NCBI GenBank assembly: GCA_045602545.1
Contig: JAZSBR010000022.1
Coordinates: forward strand, 17,696-81,695
Reading direction: 5' to 3'
Length of the DNA: 64,000 nucleotides
DNA from: Alphaproteobacteria bacterium
GTDB lineage: Bacteria; Pseudomonadota; Alphaproteobacteria; RF32; CAG-239
Shown here: in pieces, positions 18,434 to 27,635 of the stretch
Numbering within the stretch: position 1 is the first letter of the stretch
How the letters are laid out: the number at the start of each line of letters is the position of its first letter
Position numbers and translations under genes: made by a program
Notes under the pieces: model-generated
The model's database searches: none
Seen by the model: the letters and a program-made list of their open reading frames with translations, nothing else
What the model was told of the DNA's origin: nothing

Positions 18434-19102
18434 TTTTATACAATTTATATAGTTATTTAAGAAATATTGCCAATTATCCAGATTTTGTTCCGCAAAAAAT
18501 TGTTGCAAAAATCTTACCATAAATTGATGCCGATTCTCCGCTTCTGTTTTACCTACTTCTGTTTGCATCGCTCCTTTTAACAGTAATAATTTCTCAAAAA
18601 AGTGATTAATCATATGCTTTTTATTGTTTTCCGGAGAAGGCAGTTCTTTTTCATTAAATAAAGGCTGATTGCGTGAGACACTGAAACTTAAGGCTCTACA
18701 TATACCAATAGCGCCCATAGCATCTAACTTATCAGCATCCGATAATAATTTCATTTCTAATGTCCTAAAATTGGGATTTGCACCACTTTTGGAAAAACTT
18801 ATAGCATCAATTGTTTCTAAAATTTCTTGAATGGTGTTTGTATCAAGATTTAGGTTATACAAAAACTTTTCAGCAACTTTACCATCTGTATTCATCTTAT
18901 GATCATCTACGTCATGCAATAATGCACTCATTTTGCAAATAAATTCATTTGCATTTTTTTCTTCATTTAGTAATTTATTGATATTTGCATAAACACGTTT
19001 TATATGCTCAAAATCGTGTCCGGAATTATCTCCGGAATGATATTCTTTGGCAAATTGATATGTTTTATTTAATATATCTTCCTGCATCATAATCCTTTCC
19101 AA
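18431..19102 (-). CDS. HD-domain phosphohydrolase (YedJ-like)
   Basis: GHDFEHIKRV, ALLHDVDD, DADKLDAMGAIG and HFFEKLL. Confidence 0.9.
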   Translation of the reverse strand: MERIMMQEDILNKTYQFAKEYHSGDNSGHDFEHIKRVYANINKLLNEEKNANEFICKMSALLHDVDDHKMNTDGKVAEKFLYNLNLDTNTIQEILETIDAISFSKSGANPNFRTLEMKLLSDADKLDAMGAIGICRALSFSVSRNQPLFNEKELPSPENNKKHMINHFFEKLLLLKGAMQTEVGKTEAENRHQFMVRFLQQFFAEQNLDNWQYFLNNYINCIK

Positions 19103-20289
19103 ATTTTACTTTTTCTTACTTGTTGAATAAATAAGTCGTTTTTATTAACAATATCACTTTTTGTAGCTGATAAAAAATCATAAATTATTTGTTTTTCTTC
19201 TTTTTCTGATAAAAAATTAACTTGTGTTTTTACAACCGAATTTCCTTGTTCTAAATTTGAGACGCACTTAAGCAACGCTGAAAATGTTAGATAAATGTAT
19301 GGAGACAACATTTCATTACATAATTGCGGATAAGCAAAATTTATAGCATTTCCCTTATTTAAAAAATTAACTTGCTGAACAGGATATATTTTGTTGTTAT
19401 TCTCAGGCATTTGATTTAAGCGGATTGAAGTAAAATTAAATTCATCTTCTGATGAGGTACAAGATGCAATATAACAACCTTGTTTTATGTCTGGCAAATC
19501 TGTATCACTTAAAGACTTATGTCCTGTTGCGCATATTAAAACATCAGAATTTTCAAGTATATTTGTTTTAGAAGAATATCGGAATCCTGATGTATCTATG
19601 AACTTTCTTACATTTTCATCATTATCAAAAATCAAAACATTCAATTTTAGCTTTTCCTTAAGATAAAAAGCACATCCTCGTCCAACCTCTCCAAACCCGA
19701 TAATTCCAATTCTTTTATTTTTCAGCATTATATGATTTTCGCTCAATAGTCGTTCTGTCGCCGAGGCTATTGAGCGGCCAATTAAGTAATCTTCAAAATC
19801 TTTGGCTCTACTCCTTGCTACAGAAAATATAGGTAAGTTATTTTCGGGATATTCTGATAATTTCTGTTCATACTTTTGTAATCCGTTTTCTGTATCTTCT
19901 ATAATTCCCAAAATATTAGAATATTGATTTAATTTCTTTAAAGATGGTGCAAAGTATCCTCCTGTATCAAAAATAATTAATTTTTCATCATTTTGTATTA
20001 ATGGTGATACTTTTTGACTGATAGTAGAATCAATGAAAAAATCTGTTCTTTTAAAATCAAGAATTTTAATACCACTACATGTTGCTTGTTTTTTAGTCTT
20101 TTCATCTACAGAATTTGGTTTTGCAATCAATCCAGCTACTCTACCTTTCTTAGAAAGAGTATTTAAGAAATCTATGGTATTATCAACCAAATGAGTTACC
20201 ACAATGAAACACTTTTTAGAATCTGAAAAATCAGATGTGATAGTGTCCATAAATTTCAATGCTTGTGTTTTTGGGTTGCAATTTTTCAT
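19087..20289 (-). CDS. Divergent adenosylhomocysteinase (AdoHcyase)-like NAD-binding protein
   Basis: DTGG, EDTENG (cf. EETTTG), K..ED..IG, Rossmann GFGEVGRG, ATG and G..IN. Confidence 0.7.
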   Translation of the reverse strand: MKNCNPKTQALKFMDTITSDFSDSKKCFIVVTHLVDNTIDFLNTLSKKGRVAGLIAKPNSVDEKTKKQATCSGIKILDFKRTDFFIDSTISQKVSPLIQNDEKLIIFDTGGYFAPSLKKLNQYSNILGIIEDTENGLQKYEQKLSEYPENNLPIFSVARSRAKDFEDYLIGRSIASATERLLSENHIMLKNKRIGIIGFGEVGRGCAFYLKEKLKLNVLIFDNDENVRKFIDTSGFRYSSKTNILENSDVLICATGHKSLSDTDLPDIKQGCYIASCTSSEDEFNFTSIRLNQMPENNNKIYPVQQVNFLNKGNAINFAYPQLCNEMLSPYIYLTFSALLKCVSNLEQGNSVVKTQVNFLSEKEEKQIIYDFLSATKSDIVNKNDLFIQQVRKSKIWKGL

Positions 20290-20301
20290 GATAAACTCGA
20301 A

Positions 20302-20913
20302 TCAATATTTCTTAATGTTTTTAAGTTGTAAAATAAAATTATCTAAACTTATATTTTGGGTATTATTGATTCTTGATATCATATTAGCCATTTTTTGAGG
20401 ATTAATATTTAAAGTATTAAAAAATACGACATTGTAATCGATTTTTTCTTGAAAAAATTCTTTATTTTTTTGATTAAATTTTTCATCTAAATAAAATGAT
20501 GGCATATCAAAATCACCTCTGTCATAACAACGATCTTTTCGCGTTTGAGTATCTATATCCAGAAAAATAATTATATCAGGGTTGATAACTTCTTTAAGTA
20601 AATCCTTGTTTTTTAATAAATTATGGCAATCATCATTATTTTTTGCATATTCAAACGCTAATAATGTTAAATATGATCTGTCCAATACCAAATTTACTGA
20701 TTTATCAAGAAACTCCTTCTGTCGCCTTTTTTCGATATTTAAAAGTAAAGGTAATGCGCTTTGCTTTGATTTTTGCAAATAATCTAATTCAAGTTGTTCT
20801 TCTTTTGTTATAAAATCCATATATTCCGGAACCATCAGAAATGAATGTTTTGACAACTCTTTTGCTAAAGTTGTCTTGCCGCTACATATTCCACCCTCTA
20901 ATGCAAGTATCAT
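20302..20913 (-). CDS. Deoxynucleoside/dNMP kinase-family P-loop protein
   Basis: LEGGICSGKTT, VPEY, LDRS and PDIIIFLD...R...RG. Confidence 0.8.
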   Translation of the reverse strand: MILALEGGICSGKTTLAKELSKHSFLMVPEYMDFITKEEQLELDYLQKSKQSALPLLLNIEKRRQKEFLDKSVNLVLDRSYLTLLAFEYAKNNDDCHNLLKNKDLLKEVINPDIIIFLDIDTQTRKDRCYDRGDFDMPSFYLDEKFNQKNKEFFQEKIDYNVVFFNTLNINPQKMANMISRINNTQNISLDNFILQLKNIKKY

Positions 20914-20918
20914 TAAAC

Positions 20919-21515
20919 TTACTCCAACATCTGTAATAAATTTAAAACATCATTTTCATTTCTAACACAAAAACTATTTCCTCCTATTTTTTTAAAAATT
21001 TCACAGTTGCTTTTCGAGTTATCTAGTAAAATTGATTTTTTGATGTCAGATTTTGTATCCTTTAACGCTTTTATGAAAAGAGATTCCTCTTCATCGCCTT
21101 TCAAAATACCCAAATCAGCAGAATTATAAATTCTATCAAAGTGTTGACCAAGCTTCAATTGCGGCTCAGTATATATTGTAAAACTGTCCATATTATCTGT
21201 AATTAAATAAACATTATTATTTTTTCGACACCTATCTATAGCTCTTAAAATATCAGCACTAACCGTCATTGTTTTACAATCGGCTACAAAGATTGAAAAA
21301 ACATCTTTAAAATCAACCTCTAAAGAAAGAGCAACAAATTTACAAATTTCTTCAGAAGTTAATTTACCCCGCATCCAGTTCTCTAGAGTTTCACCATTTC
21401 CACCGCGAAAAAGAAAATCCTCAATTTTTCGTTTCAATGTTTCAGGAGCTGTCCGCCAAAAAGTATCAAAACATATTGTTCCGTCAAAATCTATGAATAT
21501 ATTTTGTTTTTTCAT
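20919..21515 (-). CDS. HAD-superfamily phosphatase
   Basis: DFDGT, ITDN, K and LLDNS motifs. Confidence 0.85.
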   Translation of the reverse strand: MKKQNIFIDFDGTICFDTFWRTAPETLKRKIEDFLFRGGNGETLENWMRGKLTSEEICKFVALSLEVDFKDVFSIFVADCKTMTVSADILRAIDRCRKNNNVYLITDNMDSFTIYTEPQLKLGQHFDRIYNSADLGILKGDEEESLFIKALKDTKSDIKKSILLDNSKSNCEIFKKIGGNSFCVRNENDVLNLLQMLE

Positions 21516-21569
21516 CTTGTATCCTTTTTAGTTATATTATATTACTAATAATATAAAGAAAGGTTTAAG

Positions 21570-22265
21570 ATGCAAGCAATTTTTTTATCTCCGCATTATG
21601 ATGATATTGCGTTTTCTGTTAATTCATTTGTAGAAAAGGACGATATCATTATTGATGTATACACGGAAACAAAATACATTGAAAATAAAAACATATTTTT
21701 AAATATGTCCGTTTCAGAGTTAAGAAAACAGGAAGAAAGGATATATACAAATGGTAAAAATGTATCATTTATAAACTTGGATTTTTTAGATGAGTGCCCA
21801 AATATAACACCATTTTCGTTTTATCATAATATACAGCCGAGAACTATGATAGAAAATAAAATACTTGATTTATTAAAAACTTTATCTGATAAAGGATATT
21901 CAAAACTTTTCTCTCCTCTTGGCGTTGGTAAGCACTATCATCACATGGAAGTATTTGAAATCGTTCATAAAAACTACATTTACCTATCAAAAAAATTTGA
22001 GATATTCTTTTACGTTGATTTTCCATACATATCCTACAAAAATAACTTACGCCAAAGATTACGATACCTATCACGGTTTCTTAAGCAAAACTCTATTCAT
22101 CAAAAGAAATTGTTGTTAACTAGAGAGCAGATACAAAACAAACTAGTTTCATTATCTGCATACAAAAGCCAATTTATTGATACAAATCGACAAACCATAC
22201 TTCTTAAAATGAGAGATTTAAAAGGAAATTTTTCTGAAATCATTTTTTCTTCACATTTTGAATAA
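21570..22265 (+). CDS. PIG-L/LmbE-family N-deacetylase
   Basis: SPHYDD, R..EE, HYHH, DFPY and YKSQ. Confidence 0.8.
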   Translation: MQAIFLSPHYDDIAFSVNSFVEKDDIIIDVYTETKYIENKNIFLNMSVSELRKQEERIYTNGKNVSFINLDFLDECPNITPFSFYHNIQPRTMIENKILDLLKTLSDKGYSKLFSPLGVGKHYHHMEVFEIVHKNYIYLSKKFEIFFYVDFPYISYKNNLRQRLRYLSRFLKQNSIHQKKLLLTREQIQNKLVSLSAYKSQFIDTNRQTILLKMRDLKGNFSEIIFSSHFE

Positions 22266-23307
22266 GATTTAGAAATTCTTCACATACATTTCTCGTAAAT
22301 TTTTGACTACAGTTATACGCAAGATTTTGAAAATGCTTATAATTATTTTCGTTTTTACATATACTTATTGCCTTTATCCATAAGTTAACATCAAGATTAT
22401 CTAATAAAATACCAGCCCCATTTAATGCTTCAGATATTCCACCTATATTATGTGCAATCACAGGAATTCCACGTAGCGAAGCCTCAACAATTACCCGCCC
22501 GAAAGCTTCTTCTACCACAGATGGAACAACTAAAATCTTTGTCTGCTTCCAAATATTATCCATATCCATCTGTAGTGGATAGTATTTTATATTAGTAGAC
22601 ATATTATCATAAAATTCATCATTTTTGTACCATCCCTCTACTGCTAGAAACTGTTCTTCTGGCATATTTTTTGCGAGTTCTAAAACAAAAGTAGCACCTT
22701 TTTCTTTGACTGGATTAATAAATGTTATTTTATCTCCAGTATTTATCATTTTATTAATTTTACTAAATCCAGAATAAAAAACAAAATTTGGTATATTATA
22801 TAATGATAGAATTCTTTGTTGGATAAATTTTGATGTACTGAATAGTATATCTGGACGTCCTTTTGCTACAATAGTTCCCTCTATATTTGCAGAATGTAAC
22901 CATCCTATAGTAAGCTCAGTATATTTTTTCGCAACAGAAACAAGTTTATCAGCACCTTCCATTGATAGTATAATAGCTGTAATTTTATTATTAATTGTTT
23001 TCAATAAACTTTCTGCCTCATCTAATAAACTATTTTGAGGATATAAATAGCACGTAATCCCATTATATTGATATGAAATACATTTATTAGAGAAACTCAA
23101 ATTTTTGATATTATTTGCACACTTAATTGTCTGTCCATAAAAATTTTGCCTCTCTTTTGCCGGATAAGTTGGATTTTCTATGCTTCCAATAAAAATAACA
23201 TTGTGTCCATTTGCAGTCAATTGTTCCGCTAAAAAATTATGAGTAATTTCTGCACCACCCAAAAACAAAGGGGGAGTTGGACGTCGTGTAATAAAAATAA
23301 AAAACAT
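22240..23307 (-). CDS. GT4-family glycosyltransferase
   Basis: GGAE, KG and VPSVVEEAFGRVIVEA...GIPVI...GGISE. Confidence 0.9.
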   Translation of the reverse strand: MFFIFITRRPTPPLFLGGAEITHNFLAEQLTANGHNVIFIGSIENPTYPAKERQNFYGQTIKCANNIKNLSFSNKCISYQYNGITCYLYPQNSLLDEAESLLKTINNKITAIILSMEGADKLVSVAKKYTELTIGWLHSANIEGTIVAKGRPDILFSTSKFIQQRILSLYNIPNFVFYSGFSKINKMINTGDKITFINPVKEKGATFVLELAKNMPEEQFLAVEGWYKNDEFYDNMSTNIKYYPLQMDMDNIWKQTKILVVPSVVEEAFGRVIVEASLRGIPVIAHNIGGISEALNGAGILLDNLDVNLWIKAISICKNENNYKHFQNLAYNCSQKFTRNVCEEFLNLIQNVKKK

Positions 23308-23369
23308 TGCAACCTCATTTTTATTTTAGTATATTGTATGCAATAATAAGCAATTGGAGTTAAAATAAT

Positions 23370-24476
23370 ATGAAAAAGGTATATATAATATGTCCAACTT
23401 TTAGAGATAACACGCATAGTAAGTTGAGGGAAATTGGTATACTGGATTTAATTCATCAAACAATTAATAAATCAAACCTCTATCTGTGTATCATAGATTC
23501 TAGCAAATATCCTCTCAAACTATTTAATGACTTACCTGTAATTAACAATAATATTATCTATTTACATGTTCCATCTAAAAAAGTAGCTATAGATAAGTAT
23601 GCTAATACTTTTCCTTACGCAATGAATTTTTGCATAACAAAAAATCATAATAAATTTGATTATTATCTGAATATAGTGGATTCTTGGAGTAAGTTTGTAC
23701 CTTGGGATGATAATTTTCCGCATCAAAAAACACTAAAGGATCATTTTTTAGCTTCGCGCCCTTCTATAGGAATGAAAAGGAATATGGCTATTGCCGCACT
23801 AGAAGAAACTTTCGGGAATGGAGATATTATTTGCTACGCCGATGATGATGATTTCAGATCAAAATCTTATTTTCACGATATGATAGATTATATAGCTGAT
23901 AATGATTTTATCAGAATTTCTAAATGGTTAACTTGCTGCTTTAATACGAGTATAGATAACTCCGTTTATGGCTTATATGATATCCCGTTTATTCAAGACG
24001 TTAATGGTTTTTTCCATCTTAAAACTCGTGATACTGACATTTTATATAATTCACGCAATGCTGATTTTTGTAATTTTTCAGTAAAAGAACATTATTCCAA
24101 AATTAAGAATATGGCTTTTTCACCTATGTCATATGATGGAGCTGTACATGTATTTTCTAAAAAGCTTTGGGTTGATTCTATAGATGCTTTTGGAGGTATC
24201 ACACCTGTAAGTTTGGGTGAAGATACATGCTTTTTCAAAAGTTGCCAGAATTATTTCGGGTCAAGTTTTAAATATAATATGATTAATAATAAAAAATTAA
24301 ATTTTATAAGATGTGCCAATAATAATGCATCATTAATTCAATGGACTGAAAATATTGCTTTAGATGATATGCCTAAATGGGCTCAAAGTAAAATAATTGA
24401 TATTTATAGATTATTAAATAGTGAGCAAGAATTGAAAAAACGTAGCACATATATATTCAAAAACAATTTGCTTTAG
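23370..24476 (+). CDS. GT2/GT-A-like glycosyltransferase
   Basis: IICPTFR, IIDSS, SIGMKRN, YADDDD and GED. Confidence 0.7.
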   Translation: MKKVYIICPTFRDNTHSKLREIGILDLIHQTINKSNLYLCIIDSSKYPLKLFNDLPVINNNIIYLHVPSKKVAIDKYANTFPYAMNFCITKNHNKFDYYLNIVDSWSKFVPWDDNFPHQKTLKDHFLASRPSIGMKRNMAIAALEETFGNGDIICYADDDDFRSKSYFHDMIDYIADNDFIRISKWLTCCFNTSIDNSVYGLYDIPFIQDVNGFFHLKTRDTDILYNSRNADFCNFSVKEHYSKIKNMAFSPMSYDGAVHVFSKKLWVDSIDAFGGITPVSLGEDTCFFKSCQNYFGSSFKYNMINNKKLNFIRCANNNASLIQWTENIALDDMPKWAQSKIIDIYRLLNSEQELKKRSTYIFKNNLL

Positions 24477-24940
24477 ATTTGTCTTTTGGCCCTATACGCA
24501 TAGATTTATTTTTTACTATAAACTAACCAATAGAAATGAATCTTGATTGTATAGGACCATTTTTTATGACCATATCAATATTATATAATTTTTATATATT
24601 CACGATGATTTATAACAGCTTTATTGCTCTGATGTTATTGATATGTCGTGATTCTTATTGAATGTAAAACCGTTAATGAAAAAATTTTAAATTATTTTCC
24701 ATTACTAATTTGAGGCACACTTCTTTTCCCTTTGGAAAGGAAGTCTCGTTTTATGACCGCAGGACTCAATATTTATTTTTGGTATAGGTTTACTTATAAA
24801 AAATGAATCCGCTAGTCCGGTGGCTGTTTATTGAGTCATAAACAGTATTTTTTGCAGATAGCTAAGCTGAAAAGACAAACATCTGAGGATAAAAAGCATA
24901 TATACTATTTTGGTAAAACATTCTAATACTTGGTACTTTA

Positions 24941-25495
24941 TTACTTTATACCAAGATAGAATAAGTCAGATGAATCAAAGATAACACTACTATCATAATG
25001 ACCATTACGTCTATTTACTTTAATTTCTTTCAAGCAATAGAAGTCAGTATTTATAACTGAATCTAATAACGTATGTATATCATCTGCTGTAATATGCTGT
25101 AAATCTAAGCAATAATCAGACATTCCGCTTATAGTCCTAATAGTCTTCTTAATAGCATTATAAAGCATATCATCAGTAAAAGACAGTTGATTAAATAAGA
25201 CATTAAAATGCCAGTATATGCCACAACCTTTTTCAGCTGTCACAATAAATGGCAGATGATGCTTATTCCAATGATTCTTAATAAGACTTTTCTCAAATAC
25301 TTTCATAATCAGTCGCAATCTGCTTTTTGCATGGTCTAGTTTAGTTGATTCCCAATTCTGTGGCAATCTAACCACTAAGTAATGTGTTGGCATATATGTC
25401 GTATTAATGAAATTCACATACTCTCGCTTTATTCTTTCAGCTATATCATGCTTTGGCATACTTAGTGTGTGCTTGTGTCTTAATAGATTAGTCAT
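24941..25495 (-). CDS. HUH-endonuclease / rolling-circle Rep-like protein
   Basis: Motif I THYLVVRL, motif II-like EKG...WHFNVLF (HxN instead of HxH) and motif III YCLKE. Confidence 0.5.
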   Translation of the reverse strand: MTNLLRHKHTLSMPKHDIAERIKREYVNFINTTYMPTHYLVVRLPQNWESTKLDHAKSRLRLIMKVFEKSLIKNHWNKHHLPFIVTAEKGCGIYWHFNVLFNQLSFTDDMLYNAIKKTIRTISGMSDYCLDLQHITADDIHTLLDSVINTDFYCLKEIKVNRRNGHYDSSVIFDSSDLFYLGIK

Positions 25496-25737
25496 TGCTC
25501 TTACTTTCTTATTTATATTTACTTATTTTTGAGTATAGTTATCACAAAAGCATCAATTTAATGATGCTTATGGAAAAAAGCTAATTTCTTAGCCTAAATA
25601 CGTTATTGTTGAGACATCAAATCTCACGTATTTATGTTTCTTAGAACACAGATTTTCAGGATTTTTGTATAAATATTTTTCCATTTACTGCATTGAGATT
25701 GTTTTTCTATGCATATTATTACGCGCGTAAGACCCTT

Positions 25738-25769
25738 TTAAATTTGTTTCTCTAAGGGTACAAATTAAA
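25738..25769 (+). repeat. 32-bp quasi-palindromic site, copy B
   Basis: TTAAATTTGTT-TCTCTAAGGG-TACAAATTAAA; 2 mismatches to the consensus. Confidence 0.75.
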
Positions 25770-25874
25770 ATCATCATAATGGAAAATTAATTTTAAGAAC
25801 CTTTCATTAACGGTTTTACATTTCCCGTCACTCACGACAAAACAAAAATAAATCAACAAATATGGAGTGAAAAA

Positions 25875-26039
25875 ATGATTGATACATATACCGAACTTAA
25901 AAAAGAATTATCAACTCTTAATCCCAAAATTACAGATTTGGAACTAAACAATGCCACCTTCAATTTGCTTAGCTTATGCAAATTGGCTGCTCAAATCATT
26001 GAAGAAATCGATGATAATGAAACTTCTGATAAACAATGA
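25875..26039 (+). CDS. Small acidic protein (54 aa) upstream of the recombinases
   Basis: RBS GGAG; MIDTYTELKKELSTLNP...SDKQ. Confidence 0.55.
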   Translation: MIDTYTELKKELSTLNPKITDLELNNATFNLLSLCKLAAQIIEEIDDNETSDKQ

Positions 26040-26195
26040 CCTCATTTCCCAACGGAAAAGAAGTTAACATTTTGAAAATTCAGCAAATTATTAGCAAAAA
26101 AAACGTTAAAATGTGAAAAATAAACGCTTACAAATCAATATTCTCGCGACATAATAATATTATGATAAATCAAATGGTTAGTGAAAGACAAATAA

Positions 26196-27632
26196 ATGAC
26201 TAGAAAATATCGACATATTGAAGATGATTTTTGCAAAGAAGCAGTTATTTTTGCTCGTGTTTCCAGCGAAAAACAAGAAAAAGGCGCTTCTATTGATGCT
26301 CAAAAAGAAAGTGTCTATGAATATTGCAAAAATAAAGGCTTAAAAATCATCAAAGAGTTTATCATAACCGAGAGCACAATTCGCGGAGAACGCAAGCAAT
26401 ATAAAGAAATGCTTAAGTTTGTTGCTTCACGCACCAAGAAAACAGCTATTGTTGTAAATTGTGTGGACCGCTTGCAACGTAGCTACAAAGACACACCTAT
26501 TCTTGATGATTTGCGTAAAAAAGGCTTGATTGAAGTACATTTTCTCAAAGAAAACCTTATTTTAAGCAAAGATTCTCGCGGTATTGATATTCTTTTCTGG
26601 AATATGTGCGTTTTGATGGCTAACAGTTATATTTTAAGCCTGTCGGACAATGTTCGCCGTAGTCTTGAATATAATTGGAGCCAAGGTAAATGGCAGAGTT
26701 TGGCACCTATCGGATATCTCAATCAAAAAGATAAACATGGCAAATCCATTATAGTGATTGATGAAGAACGAGCACCGATTATCAAGCGTTTGTTTGAAGA
26801 ATATGCTACCGGTCTGCATACCGCACAAAGTTTACTGACATTGGCTTGTAAACTAGGATTAACAGCTAAAGAAACTTATTCAGAAGAAACACCTCAAAGA
26901 AAAAGATTTATCAGCCGTACCAAAATTTATGAAATTCTGCGTAATCCTTTTTATGCTGGCATTATGTGTGTCAAAGGCAAGTTAATGCCACATATCCACG
27001 GCAAAATCATTGATAAAAAATTATATGACAAAGTACAACAAATTATGGATGCCAAAGGTATGGAGAGCGAAATACATAAGCGGCAGCAAAAATACAAAGT
27101 TAGAAAGTTTGCATTTCGTGGACTTGTTTTGTGTGGCAGATGTCATCACTTGATGTCTCCGGATTGCAAAACCAAGACAAACGGCAAGCAATATACTTAT
27201 TTAAGATGTTACAACAAATGCGGTCAAATGCCGATTAATGAAACCATATTGCTTAAACAGCTTGAAACAGAGGTATTTGCTAAATTTTTCATACCACCGC
27301 AAAATCTTAATAAAATAAAACAATCTGTTATCAATCATTATAAACGCCCATCACATGCAAAAATAGAGCTTTTGAATAAACTGGTTATTTTGATTGGTAA
27401 TATGTCCACCATTATGCACCAAGCAGATGCCGGTACACAAAATGAAATACTGGTTATTCTGCTTAAAAATTGCACCTTAAATGAGCAAACACTCTCTTAT
27501 TCTCTTCGCTCGCCGTTTGATAAGCTGATTGAGGCAGATTATCACGATTGGAAGGATATTATTGCACACAACTTCAAAGAGTTATCGTCAATTGAATATA
27601 ACCTTAAAGCCATCAACTTAAAGGAGGATTAA
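26196..27632 (+). CDS. Large serine recombinase A (short coiled-coil region)
   Basis: ARVSS catalytic motif, VDRLQRS, APIGY, LRNPFYAG and zinc ribbon CGRC...YLRC. Confidence 0.92.
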   Translation: MTRKYRHIEDDFCKEAVIFARVSSEKQEKGASIDAQKESVYEYCKNKGLKIIKEFIITESTIRGERKQYKEMLKFVASRTKKTAIVVNCVDRLQRSYKDTPILDDLRKKGLIEVHFLKENLILSKDSRGIDILFWNMCVLMANSYILSLSDNVRRSLEYNWSQGKWQSLAPIGYLNQKDKHGKSIIVIDEERAPIIKRLFEEYATGLHTAQSLLTLACKLGLTAKETYSEETPQRKRFISRTKIYEILRNPFYAGIMCVKGKLMPHIHGKIIDKKLYDKVQQIMDAKGMESEIHKRQQKYKVRKFAFRGLVLCGRCHHLMSPDCKTKTNGKQYTYLRCYNKCGQMPINETILLKQLETEVFAKFFIPPQNLNKIKQSVINHYKRPSHAKIELLNKLVILIGNMSTIMHQADAGTQNEILVILLKNCTLNEQTLSYSLRSPFDKLIEADYHDWKDIIAHNFKELSSIEYNLKAINLKED

Positions 27633-27635
27633 ATC

